Source of the DNA: Bacteroidota bacterium
GTDB lineage: Bacteria; Bacteroidota; Bacteroidia; Bacteroidales; WCHB1-69
Assembly: GCA_019135895.1 (NCBI GenBank)
Contig: JAGVVH010000009.1
Coordinates: 7,189-71,188 of the forward strand
Length of the DNA: 64,000 nt
Direction of reading: 5' to 3'
Both the position numbers and the translations under genes were made by a program. Position 1 is the first letter of the stretch; each line of letters opens with the position of its first letter. Under the pieces are notes generated by a model. It saw nothing but the letters and a program-made list of their open reading frames with translations, did no database searches and was not told the origin of the DNA. Positions 27,861 through 37,583 of this stretch are shown piece by piece.

Positions 27861-29882
27861 TTACCGGGGCAATTTAGCCATCCATTGTTTATATTTAGCA
27901 AGGTCTCCTTTGTTATTGTAAACATTGGCAATATTCTTAATAACATTGGTATTGGTTGTATCAAGTTCGTAGGCTTTAATAAACATAGTTAGAGCCTTGT
28001 CAAGCTTTCCTTGAATAGCATAAGCAACCCCAAGATTTTCAAGCGCACTTGTAAAATTTGGATTTATCGCCAATGCTTTTTCCAAATAGATTATAGAACT
28101 GTCAATTTTATTCATTCCCATCCCCAAAATTTTACCTTTCATATTATATGCATCAGCACTATTTGGATTGGTTTTTAGATATTGATTAATAATTTCCAAA
28201 GCTCCTTTTATATCCTTATTATTGAGTTTGTCATTTGCAACTTTAACTGCTGAATTTGCTTTTGCAGTCAGCGCAATATTCATATTTTCAACCATAGCAA
28301 CGTTTTGAGGATCAATAATGGCTGCATTTTTATAAAATTGATAGGACAAATCATACTCCCCCTTATAATAATAAAGCTCTCCCAAAAGCATATGTGCATT
28401 AAAAGCCGTACTGTCTAATTCAATAGCTTTGAACAAATATTTTAGAGATTTATCATAATCTTTTTCTTTTTTACTCTCCTTATAAAGCTTCACATAACTC
28501 CCTCCCGCAGAGATATTGCACTTAATGCTATTGGAAGAAGTGTTTACATCAGTGGTAAAGAGAGTTACATCATTTTTCCAGACAAAATTACGAGCAAAAG
28601 TTTTTACAGAATAGAGCGAAAAAAAGATAATAAAGATAACCGGCAGTAATGTGGAAGAAAATTTATGTTTACTCAGTTTCAATATTAAAGCTGATATTAT
28701 CATAGTAAAACCTAATAGTGGTATAAAAACGAACCGTTCGTTCATAAAAGTGCCAACATTGAAAAACAGATTAGAAGTTGCTGAAAAAGTGAAGATAAAG
28801 AAAAGAATGCCGAAAGATATTAAATTCTTTTTCTTCAAATTTTTAATAGCATAGAAAATCATAAAGAGGAAAAAGAGAAGCAGCAAAATAACTACAGGAT
28901 TGGAGAAATCAGTAATCTGGATTTGCTTTGGATAATAGTCATGAGTAAGAGGATGAGGAAGAATCAACAATTTCAGATAGATCCCCCAAGTAAAAACAAC
29001 AGTAGCAATCTCCTGCATTTTTGAAGAAAAGACGAAAGGATTATTGAGGATATTAGGATAGGTTTCCTTCACCATAAAGGCTCCCAACACTTCATTTCTC
29101 ACAACCAGAAAAAAAACTGAAGCAAGCAATGCAGGGAGAATTGTCAAAACCCAATCTGTTTTTGTTTTGGGAATATTCATAAAATAGAGAGCCAATGGGA
29201 TTACAACCAAAAAAGTAATACTATTTTCCTTTGAAAAAAGTCCAATCGTCATGGTAAAGAATGAGAGAATCAAAAAAAGTGGATTTTTTTTAGACATAAA
29301 TTTAATCACACACCACAAAGTGGCAACGGCTCCAAGCATCGACAGAATCTCATCACGTCCCTTAATATTGGCAACCGCTTCGGTATGAAGTGGATGCAAA
29401 GCAAAGAGGAGTGCCGCAAGGAAAGGCAATGATAAATACCATCGGGGATCATCGTACCGAGCAAAGATTCTTTTCAGAACATTATAAATGAGCATACAGA
29501 GCAAAGCATACAGGAGTATATTGACAAAATGACTTATAAAAGGCAAAGCACTATCGGTAAAAAGTTCTTCATTTTGAGGAGCTCTGTTTAGACCGGCATT
29601 TTCTTTTACTTTTTGTCCGAAAATTTCATATTCAAGAATAAAGGTTAACTGCGCCAACGGTCTATATCGACCACCTGCAACCAATTTTTTTTCATGACCA
29701 AAGTATCCTGAAAAAGAATCTTTAGTCAAGACATCCTTAACCCCGTCAAATCCTTTAACAGTATAATCATTTTCAAAAATAACCAGCCGATCATCCAGTG
29801 CATAATCCAAAAAGCAGGTATTAGCATAGACTAATGCCACCAAAATAAAAATCACCAGGTTCCTTATATACTTAGTGCTCAT
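27861..29882 (-). CDS. integral-membrane protein with C-terminal TPR repeats (PMT/ArnT-like glycosyltransferase architecture)
   Basis: 673 aa. About 10 TM helices fill the first ~430 aa, followed by several TPR units. Its start overlaps the kdsA stop by 4 nt. Confidence 0.6.
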   Translation of the reverse strand: MSTKYIRNLVIFILVALVYANTCFLDYALDDRLVIFENDYTVKGFDGVKDVLTKDSFSGYFGHEKKLVAGGRYRPLAQLTFILEYEIFGQKVKENAGLNRAPQNEELFTDSALPFISHFVNILLYALLCMLIYNVLKRIFARYDDPRWYLSLPFLAALLFALHPLHTEAVANIKGRDEILSMLGAVATLWCVIKFMSKKNPLFLILSFFTMTIGLFSKENSITFLVVIPLALYFMNIPKTKTDWVLTILPALLASVFFLVVRNEVLGAFMVKETYPNILNNPFVFSSKMQEIATVVFTWGIYLKLLILPHPLTHDYYPKQIQITDFSNPVVILLLLFFLFMIFYAIKNLKKKNLISFGILFFIFTFSATSNLFFNVGTFMNERFVFIPLLGFTMIISALILKLSKHKFSSTLLPVIFIIFFSLYSVKTFARNFVWKNDVTLFTTDVNTSSNSIKCNISAGGSYVKLYKESKKEKDYDKSLKYLFKAIELDSTAFNAHMLLGELYYYKGEYDLSYQFYKNAAIIDPQNVAMVENMNIALTAKANSAVKVANDKLNNKDIKGALEIINQYLKTNPNSADAYNMKGKILGMGMNKIDSSIIYLEKALAINPNFTSALENLGVAYAIQGKLDKALTMFIKAYELDTTNTNVIKNIANVYNNKGDLAKYKQWMAKLPR

Positions 29883-30670
29883 AAAATAGCTTTTCTAATC
29901 TTTAACAACTTAGTTAACAAACCCATTAGTTCATTCAGGGGAAGCATATTAGCTCCATCAGAAAGGGCTTTAGAGGGTTCCGGATGTGTTTCAATAAAAA
30001 GACCATCAAAACCGACAGCTATTCCGGCTTTTGCGATTGTTTCAATCAGGTCGGGTCTTCCTCCGGTAACACCATGAGTCTGATTGGGCAATTGAAGAGA
30101 ATGAGTGCAGTCGAGAACACAAGGACAATTGTTTGATTTCAATTCTTTTATGCCACGGAAATCAACAATCAGGTCCTGATACCCAAAGGTAGTACCCCGT
30201 TCAGTAATCATCACCTTATCATTACCGGCATTACGTATTTTTTCAACAGCGAACCTCATAGCTTCAGGAGAGAGAAATTGACCTTTTTTTATATTGACAA
30301 ATTTGTCGGTTTTAGCTGCTGCCACCAACAAGTCAGTTTGTCTGCATAAAAAAGCCGGAATTTGAAGTACGTCAGCTACCTGTGCAGCAACAAGAGCTTC
30401 ACTTTCCGAGTGAATATCAGTCACTATCGGAACATTAAAAGTAGATTTAATATCGGCCAATATATCCAAAGCTTTATCATCTCCAATACCGGTAAAAGAA
30501 CTCAGGGAAGACCTATTTGCTTTTTTATATGAAGCTTTATAAAAAAAGGGGATATCCAAAGCCTTGCATATATTAGAGCATTCTTTGGCAATTTGGGTAG
30601 TAATTTCTTTGTTTTCAACGACACAAGGTCCTGCAATTAGAAAGAAATTTTGATTAAATTCAGGTATCAT
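29879..30670 (-). CDS. kdsA: 3-deoxy-8-phosphooctulonate (Kdo-8-P) synthase
   Basis: FLIAGPCVVEN, KASYKKANRSS, D.THS.Q and a C-terminal SDG motif. I prefer the ATG at 30670 over the TTG at 30691. Confidence 0.9.
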   Translation of the reverse strand: MIPEFNQNFFLIAGPCVVENKEITTQIAKECSNICKALDIPFFYKASYKKANRSSLSSFTGIGDDKALDILADIKSTFNVPIVTDIHSESEALVAAQVADVLQIPAFLCRQTDLLVAAAKTDKFVNIKKGQFLSPEAMRFAVEKIRNAGNDKVMITERGTTFGYQDLIVDFRGIKELKSNNCPCVLDCTHSLQLPNQTHGVTGGRPDLIETIAKAGIAVGFDGLFIETHPEPSKALSDGANMLPLNELMGLLTKLLKIRKAIL

Positions 30671-30808
30671 AATTTGAATATTATGGGACAAAAATACGAA
30701 AATAAATTATCTTGAATCATTAAAAAGTTTCGGTTCATTATTAACTTTAGGAAGAAGTATCAATAATTTTATCAAAAAAAAATGATGATATAATTCATAT
30801 TTATTTTC

Positions 30809-30816
30809 TATTTTTG
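30809..30816 (+). promoter_or_regulatory. -7 element for the tsaC-like gene
   Basis: TATTTTTG, 27 nt upstream of the ATG at 30844. Confidence 0.5.
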
Positions 30817-30843
30817 CAAACAATAAGAAATTACGGAAAATCT

Positions 30844-31407
30844 ATGGAAGCAGAAATCAAGAAATGTGTTGAATTACTCCTTCAGGGAAAGGTGATCCTT
30901 TATCCTACTGATACTGTTTGGGGAATAGGCTGCGATGCCACTAACGAAGAGGCTATCGAAAAGATATATAAAATAAAGGAACGTCAACAAAGCAAGAGCA
31001 TGCTTATTTTATTAGACAGATCTGATAAATTGCCATTGTATGTTAGTAAAATTCCGTTGATTGCCTGGGATTTAATTTCTAACACCTACCGTCCCACCAC
31101 TTTTATCTATCCTACTGCAAGAAATCTTCCAAAAAAACTGATACATCCCGATGGAACTGTTGCCATCCGAATCGTAAACAACTCCTTTTGCAAGAAATTA
31201 ATCAATGCTCTTGATAGACCAATAATTTCCACTTCTGCCAACCTTTCAGGAGAAGATACTCCCCAAACTTTCATCGACATTTCGCCTAAAATTTTAAAAC
31301 AGCTCGACTATATCGTTCCTGAAAAATTTGCAGATTCTGTTGATTACAAACCTTCCCGACTTATAAAATACATTGATGATTATAATTTTGTAGTTATAAG
31401 GGAATAA
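30844..31407 (+). CDS. tsaC: L-threonylcarbamoyladenylate synthase (YrdC/TsaC domain)
   Basis: YPTDTVWGIGCDA, PTTFI and ISTSANLSG motifs. I chose the ATG at 30844. Confidence 0.8.
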   Translation: MEAEIKKCVELLLQGKVILYPTDTVWGIGCDATNEEAIEKIYKIKERQQSKSMLILLDRSDKLPLYVSKIPLIAWDLISNTYRPTTFIYPTARNLPKKLIHPDGTVAIRIVNNSFCKKLINALDRPIISTSANLSGEDTPQTFIDISPKILKQLDYIVPEKFADSVDYKPSRLIKYIDDYNFVVIRE

Positions 31408-31439
31408 TTTGGATTTAATTACCAATAAATTAATTGAAG

Positions 31440-31892
31440 ATGAAAATTGCTTTATTCCCGGGTTCTTTTGACCCTGTCACCAAAGGACACGAAGACATTA
31501 TTAATAGAGCCTTATTATTGTTTGACAAGATATATATTGCCATAGGGAAAAATTGCAATAAAACGCCCCTATTCCCGTTAGAAATCAGAAAAGAATGGCT
31601 TGTAAAATGTTTCGGTAATGAAAGTAGAATTGAGATTTGTAGTTATGAAGGGTTAACAGTAGATTTTTGCAAAAAAGTAAATGCTCAATTCATTATACGA
31701 GGAATACGAAACATGGAAGACTTTCAGTATGAGAAAGATATTGCCCAGGCAAACAGACAACTCTCTCCGGATATTGAAACCGTTTTTTTGGCAACTGCCC
31801 CCGAGTACTCTCATATAAACTCCGGAATAGTCCGTGACTTATACTCTAACAATGGTGATTATAAACAATTCCTACCCGATATTCTAAAATAA
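31440..31892 (+). CDS. coaD: pantetheine-phosphate adenylyltransferase
   Basis: The FPGSFDPVTKGHEDII motif (T/HxGH class) and IRGIRN are present. ATG at 31440. Confidence 0.9.
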   Translation: MKIALFPGSFDPVTKGHEDIINRALLLFDKIYIAIGKNCNKTPLFPLEIRKEWLVKCFGNESRIEICSYEGLTVDFCKKVNAQFIIRGIRNMEDFQYEKDIAQANRQLSPDIETVFLATAPEYSHINSGIVRDLYSNNGDYKQFLPDILK

Positions 31893-31952
31893 AAAAACAA
31901 ACTGACTTAAGATCAAAATAATCACTCTGATTTTTAACCAATTTCAATTTAC

Positions 31953-33419
31953 TTGAGACGCACTAAATCAATCCTTCTTATTCTTTTAACAACGGCATTA
32001 GTTAATGCCTCACAAATTGGATTTTCCCAAAAAGAGGCGACCATTATCATTGAAGGAACTGCCTCTTGCAAACCGGGGGAAGAAATCAGATTGATTGCTT
32101 TCGACGATTTACTCAATTATAATCCCATTACAATCTCAAAGGACATTATCAAAAAAGATAAATCATTTAAATTATCTTGCAATAGCAACAAAATCCTATT
32201 AGTTCAACTGGCAATAAGAAACCTGAAGGCTGAATTTTTCATTGTTCCAAACCACACTTACCGTTTTTCGATTAAAATGGATACTTCTCTATTTAATTTA
32301 CTGGATCCGGCAGAATACAATGGTTATTTGGAAATAAAGAATTTGGACCCTGATAGTGCCGAACTAAATTATAAAATCTTGCGATTTTCCGATTATTTTC
32401 AAGATGCCCTTAGCTATTATGCCCCTTATCTTACTTATTGGCAAGACATGAAGAGATATGACACCATAACTAAACTTATAAAGAGTAATTTTGAAATCTC
32501 TTACAATCCGTTGAATTTTTATAATTCATATCTCTATTACACCTATGGGTTAATTGATTTTATGATATTTAACAAATATCCTGATACTCTTTATCACAAA
32601 TATTTTGACAATGAGTATCTTCAGTATGACAATCCGGCTTACATGACTCTTTTTAGTTCATTTTATGACAACTATTTGTATGGCTCACGTTATATTTCTA
32701 AAAACACTCTCACTCAATTCATTAATGATGAGCCGGATTACCTTGGTCTTTTCAATGAACTTGGTAAAGACCCCTATTTAGTCAATGAAAAGATAAGGGA
32801 ATTGGTCATCATCATGAGTTTAAAGAATTTCTATCCCAATACTGAAGAGTTTGATCGGTTGAATGTTTTGAAGCTTTTGGAGTATATAGAAAAATATTCT
32901 CATTTTCCTGAGCACAGGCTTATTTCCCGTAATGTAATCAATACAATAAAAAAATTTGAAAGCGGAACTTCAGTTCCGGATATTGTCCTTAAGAAACCGA
33001 ACGGGTCAGATTTTAAACTAAGTAAATTAAAAGGCAAATGGGTTTACATCCAATTTTTCAATAGTTATTGTACTGAGTGTATTCAGGATATGATTCTATT
33101 GCAAAATTTTCAAAAAAAGTACCAGGACAGCATCACTTTTATCAGCGTTTCCGTTGATTTTGACTTTCAAAAATTCGCATCTTTCTCTCGACAATACAAA
33201 ATGCCGGACCTTCAATTTTTCCATTTCAACAACGAATTTGACTGGTTATATTCTTTGGGGGTAAATTCATTACCGGATAACATTCTTTTGGATCCATCAG
33301 GAAATTTATCAATTCGCTACGCTCCAAATGCAAGGCGCGATTTATCCATATTTCTTTTACAGAAATTCACCAAAGAAGACGAAGATAAGAATCCTTTATT
33401 TTATAATTCTAAAAACTAG
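31953..33419 (+). CDS. TlpA-like thiol-disulfide oxidoreductase with a long N-terminal domain
   Basis: 488 aa with a signal peptide. The C-terminal thioredoxin fold carries WVYIQFFNSYCTEC (a CxxC motif). TTG at 31953 is the only plausible start, because a stop lies 18 nt upstream in frame. Confidence 0.6.
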   Translation: MRRTKSILLILLTTALVNASQIGFSQKEATIIIEGTASCKPGEEIRLIAFDDLLNYNPITISKDIIKKDKSFKLSCNSNKILLVQLAIRNLKAEFFIVPNHTYRFSIKMDTSLFNLLDPAEYNGYLEIKNLDPDSAELNYKILRFSDYFQDALSYYAPYLTYWQDMKRYDTITKLIKSNFEISYNPLNFYNSYLYYTYGLIDFMIFNKYPDTLYHKYFDNEYLQYDNPAYMTLFSSFYDNYLYGSRYISKNTLTQFINDEPDYLGLFNELGKDPYLVNEKIRELVIIMSLKNFYPNTEEFDRLNVLKLLEYIEKYSHFPEHRLISRNVINTIKKFESGTSVPDIVLKKPNGSDFKLSKLKGKWVYIQFFNSYCTECIQDMILLQNFQKKYQDSITFISVSVDFDFQKFASFSRQYKMPDLQFFHFNNEFDWLYSLGVNSLPDNILLDPSGNLSIRYAPNARRDLSIFLLQKFTKEDEDKNPLFYNSKN

Positions 33420-34104
33420 TTTTATCAGACCTTGTTTTATTTTCCAACATAGGGACAAAAACAAAATTGCCAAATTCCTCTTCTTTATAATTTTCCTCAT
33501 CCAATTTTGTAATTCTTATCATCTTTTGAGATTTTTCGCCAACAGGAATAACAATCATTCCATTAATTTTAAGTTGATCCAAGAGAGATGTCGGCACATT
33601 TGGAGCCCCACAGGTAACAATAATTTTATCAAAAGGAGCATATTTTGGCCAGCCTTTAAAGCCGTCTCCGTAATGCAGGATAATTCTATAGTCAATTTTT
33701 TCAAGTAACAATTTGGTTTTCTGGTGTAACTCAAGATGTCGTTCCACCGAATAGACCTTAGCTCCCATTGCACTGAGAATAGCCGCCTGAAAGCCCGAGC
33801 CTGTGCCTATTTCCAAAATTTTATCCCCTTTTATAACTTCAAGCAATTGCGACTGAAAAGCCACTGTATAGGGTTGAGAAATGGTTTGTCCGTGATGAAT
33901 AGGCAGTGCAATATCCAAATAAGCCTTATCCCACATAAAAGACTCTAAAAAGAGGTGACGCTCTACTATGTCAAATGCCGACAGAATATTTTTATCGGTA
34001 ATTCCTTTTTGTTTAAGATTTTCAATAAGAGCTTTTTTAGCTCCCTGTAGAAAATATGATGTCTCCACTTTTAGTTTTTTTGATTTGGAAAGCAAAAATA
34101 ACAA
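33409..34104 (-). CDS. pcm: protein-L-isoaspartate O-methyltransferase
   Basis: QTISQPY, ILEIGTGSGFQAA and a C-terminal FVPM pattern. The apparent start is TTG. Confidence 0.85.
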   Translation of the reverse strand: MLFLLSKSKKLKVETSYFLQGAKKALIENLKQKGITDKNILSAFDIVERHLFLESFMWDKAYLDIALPIHHGQTISQPYTVAFQSQLLEVIKGDKILEIGTGSGFQAAILSAMGAKVYSVERHLELHQKTKLLLEKIDYRIILHYGDGFKGWPKYAPFDKIIVTCGAPNVPTSLLDQLKINGMIVIPVGEKSQKMIRITKLDEENYKEEEFGNFVFVPMLENKTRSDKTSF

Positions 34105-34198
34105 TTATTCAACATAAATATCCTGATTCCGGTGAAAATAATTTACTAATTCATATAGCCAGAAATCAATTTTCTTTACATCATAAAGGGAAATTCAT

Positions 34199-34206
34199 TA
34201 CTTTTG
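34199..34206 (+). promoter_or_regulatory. -7 element for the Gfo/Idh/MocA oxidoreductase gene
   Basis: TACTTTTG, 16 nt upstream of the ATG at 34223. Confidence 0.5.
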
Positions 34207-34222
34207 CCACCAAGTAATTAAT

Positions 34223-35203
34223 ATGAAAAATATAGCTATTTTTGGAGTTGGGCATTTAGGGTATATTCATTGCCAATGTATTCTTTCAATGAAGGATGCT
34301 AATTTGATAGGCATTTACGATATTGACACAGAACGGTGCAATCAGGTTGCCAAGGAATTGGATTTGACTGCATTTAGCACTCCCGAAGCACTTTTGCAGG
34401 TTTGTGATGTTGCCGCTATTGTGACCACCACCTCGGAACATTATGACATGGCTAAAATGGCAATCATGGCAGGAAAACACACCTTTATCGAAAAACCTGT
34501 CGTGGTAGATTTTGCACATGCCGAAGAATTGATCACCCTTTCAAAAGAAATGGGAGTTAAAGTTCAGGTAGGTCATGTCGAGAGATTTAATCCTGCTTTT
34601 GTAGCGGCACGTCCGTTGATTCATAATCCTATGTTCATTGAGGCTCATCGATTAGCAAATTTCAATCCAAGGGGAAATGATGTATCAGTTGTGATGGATT
34701 TAATGATTCATGATATAGATCTGATTCTCAATGTTGTAAATAGCACTATTGTGGACATTCAAGCCAGTGGCGTTGCAGTTGTAACGGACTCTTTTGACAT
34801 TGCCAATGTAAGATTGCGTTTTGAAAATGGTTGTGTTGCCAATCTTACAGCAAGTCGGATATCTTTGAAAAACATGCGAAAAATACGATTTTTCCAACCT
34901 AATGCCTATATCAGTGTTGACTTGTTAAAGAAAGAAACAGATATTATCAAACTGGATAATGTCATAGATGAAGATAATAATCCCTTTGCTTTGATTTTAG
35001 ACTTGGGAAATGGGAAAGGGAAAAAACAATTAACCATTCAAAAGTCAGATATTATAATTACGAATGCCATTCAGACTGAACTTGAATCTTTCCTTAGTTG
35101 CATAGAGAATAATACATCGCCATCTGTCACCTTAATTGACGGATATAAAGCACTTAAAACAGCTATAGATATTTTAAAAAAAATAAATAAATATGCAAAA
35201 TAA
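34223..35203 (+). CDS. Gfo/Idh/MocA-family NAD(P)-dependent oxidoreductase
   Basis: N-terminal Rossmann motif IAIFGVGHLG and the EKP motif (FIEKPV). Confidence 0.75.
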   Translation: MKNIAIFGVGHLGYIHCQCILSMKDANLIGIYDIDTERCNQVAKELDLTAFSTPEALLQVCDVAAIVTTTSEHYDMAKMAIMAGKHTFIEKPVVVDFAHAEELITLSKEMGVKVQVGHVERFNPAFVAARPLIHNPMFIEAHRLANFNPRGNDVSVVMDLMIHDIDLILNVVNSTIVDIQASGVAVVTDSFDIANVRLRFENGCVANLTASRISLKNMRKIRFFQPNAYISVDLLKKETDIIKLDNVIDEDNNPFALILDLGNGKGKKQLTIQKSDIIITNAIQTELESFLSCIENNTSPSVTLIDGYKALKTAIDILKKINKYAK

Positions 35204-35230
35204 ATTATCCAACTATCCGTTAGAAAAAAT

Positions 35231-36151
35231 ATGAGAAATAATAATTCATTTGTTTTTATAATAATATTGCTGATTATATTCAGCATTTCATGTGATAATA
35301 CTGATCTTACTCCCGCTTTTATTGAAATTTCAGAAGAAGCTCTAGAAAATCCAATCGACATGAACAACTATAATTTAATTCATGAAGAGAGCTATGATTC
35401 ACACCAGTTAGCAGCCATTGCCTCTCATAAATTCTCTGATGTTTGGATTTATGCCAATGGGGATAAGATCGGTTTATGGGAAGTTCCTTGCAAGGTGCCA
35501 ATTCTTGAGTCTGATTCAGTACAAATTCAAATCGTTCCCGGAGTCAGATTAAATGGGATGTCAACCACAATTCCGGCATATCCTTTCTTACAGCCGTTCA
35601 AAAAAACGATCTATCTGGAGAAGGGAGAGACATACACACTAGATGAAAATCAAATAAAATTTAAGTATTATAATAATGTAAAATTTCCATTACTTGAAAC
35701 TTTTGAACAGAGTACCACTTTCACCAGTTCTATTGAAGATGGGGGTGAATTTGTAATTACGAATCAAGAAGGAGAAAACATTGGATTAATAACTCTTCAG
35801 GATTCGTTATATGGATTCGAGGTTGTCTCTCCTTCCATGACACTTCCCGGAAACAATAATTCTATTTTTTTTGAAATGGATTATAAATGTGATCAGGAAA
35901 TTTCTGTAGGACTCATTATGGTGAACAGTAACGGGATTTCTGAGCATGAACCTTTAGTCAACATTAGAGCCAGCAATGGTGAATGGAAGAAAATATATGT
36001 AAATCTTACCCAGTCAATTTCAAGGAATGCTGCTGCTAATGGCTATGTTGAAGATGCTAAAATTGTCATTTCAGGAAATCGCGAAGATGATCTTACCAGT
36101 GCAAAGTTCTATTTTGATAATGCAAAAGTTATATATATTATTACTCAATAA
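35231..36151 (+). CDS. hypothetical lipoprotein
   Basis: 306 aa with a lipobox (FSISC). It lies between the oxidoreductase and a sugar-transferase gene. Confidence 0.5.
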   Translation: MRNNNSFVFIIILLIIFSISCDNTDLTPAFIEISEEALENPIDMNNYNLIHEESYDSHQLAAIASHKFSDVWIYANGDKIGLWEVPCKVPILESDSVQIQIVPGVRLNGMSTTIPAYPFLQPFKKTIYLEKGETYTLDENQIKFKYYNNVKFPLLETFEQSTTFTSSIEDGGEFVITNQEGENIGLITLQDSLYGFEVVSPSMTLPGNNNSIFFEMDYKCDQEISVGLIMVNSNGISEHEPLVNIRASNGEWKKIYVNLTQSISRNAAANGYVEDAKIVISGNREDDLTSAKFYFDNAKVIYIITQ

Positions 36152-36157
36152 TTTTTC

Positions 36158-37576
36158 ATGAATAAAAAGCGACTTATTTTTCTATATATTTCATTTGATG
36201 TAGTTGCAGCCATTATTACATGGATTCTTTTTTTTATATATAGAAAATATAATGTTGACAATCAAATATTCCAGCATTTTCAAATAAGCATTTTAAGTGA
36301 TTCAAAGTTTTATTTTGGGCTTATTGCCTCTCCTATATACTGGTTATTTCTTCATACTTTTGTTGGCTATTACAACAAAATAAACAGGAAGTCCCGTTTA
36401 AAAGAGCTTGAAGTAACCTTATTTATTACTTTCTTTGGCACCCTGCTGTTTTTCTTTGTTTTTATATTGGATGACATTGTTAATTATTACAATGACTACA
36501 TTAAATATTTCATTTTCATTTTTAGTTCACAATTTCTACTTACCTACATTCCACGTTTAATCATCACCACCAGCATTGTCAACAAAATTCACAAAGGGAA
36601 AATAGGCTTTAATACACTAATAATAGGCAGTGACCCTATTGCGCTTAACACCTATAAATCCGTAATCAAACAACATCCAACTTCCGGTAATTTCATCATA
36701 GGATATATCATGATACCCGAAGAAGATGATGATTTTCTTTCTGCAGAATTGCCTTGTCTTGGAAAGCTGAGTGACCTGCCGGAAATTGTTAGGGAATACA
36801 ACATTGAAGAGCTTATCATTGCCATTCAAAATGGAAAAAGAAAATATATTGAATCTATCATTACCATGATAAACGGCTATGATATTACCATGAAAATCAT
36901 ACCTCAAACACAGGATTTTTTGATGAGGACTGTTAAAACTTCCGCTGTTATGTATGAACCCCTGATAGTTATTTCGCCGGACTATCTATCTAATTTTCAA
37001 AAATACCTTAAGAGATTCTTTGATATTACTCTTTCTTTATTAGCTATAATTTTACTTTTGCCCGTATACCTATTTCTTGCTATTGGAGTAAAAAAATCTT
37101 CAAAAGGAGCTGTTTTTTACACTCAGGAAAGGGTTGGATTCAGAGGAAAGAAATTTAAAATCATCAAATTTCGTTCCATGTATACCAATGCAGAGAGTGA
37201 TACTCCTCTCCTTTCCAGTAAAGATGATCTCAGAATTACTCCTTTTGGCAAATTCATGCGTAAATCAAGATTGGATGAAACACCGCAATTCTTCAATGTA
37301 CTAATTGGGGACATGTCATTGGTAGGACCTCGTCCGGAACGACAATACTTTATTGACAAAATTGTTGAAAAGGCACCACATTATAATCTTCTGCTTGGGG
37401 TCAAGCCAGGTATTACTTCCTGGGGTCAGGTCAAATTCGGTTATGCTGAAAATGTTGATCAGATGATTGAAAGATTAAAATGGGATATACTCTATATTGA
37501 AAACATGTCATTGCAGATGGACTTAAAAATACTTATATACACAGCAATGATTATTCTTAAGAGGAAAGGGAAATAG
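36158..37576 (+). CDS. polyprenyl-phosphate hexose-1-phosphate transferase (WbaP/exopolysaccharide priming sugar transferase)
   Basis: 472 aa. N-terminal TM helices and a C-terminal bacterial sugar-transferase domain (KFRSM, DE.PQ..NVL.GDMSLVGPRPE). Confidence 0.8.
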   Translation: MNKKRLIFLYISFDVVAAIITWILFFIYRKYNVDNQIFQHFQISILSDSKFYFGLIASPIYWLFLHTFVGYYNKINRKSRLKELEVTLFITFFGTLLFFFVFILDDIVNYYNDYIKYFIFIFSSQFLLTYIPRLIITTSIVNKIHKGKIGFNTLIIGSDPIALNTYKSVIKQHPTSGNFIIGYIMIPEEDDDFLSAELPCLGKLSDLPEIVREYNIEELIIAIQNGKRKYIESIITMINGYDITMKIIPQTQDFLMRTVKTSAVMYEPLIVISPDYLSNFQKYLKRFFDITLSLLAIILLLPVYLFLAIGVKKSSKGAVFYTQERVGFRGKKFKIIKFRSMYTNAESDTPLLSSKDDLRITPFGKFMRKSRLDETPQFFNVLIGDMSLVGPRPERQYFIDKIVEKAPHYNLLLGVKPGITSWGQVKFGYAENVDQMIERLKWDILYIENMSLQMDLKILIYTAMIILKRKGK

Positions 37577-37583
37577 TTAAACA

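Noticed and set aside
33328-33708. A 126-aa plus-strand ORF overlapping the pcm gene
   Set aside because: It lies antisense to a gene with clear PCM motifs and has no motifs of its own. It looks like an AT-rich artefact.
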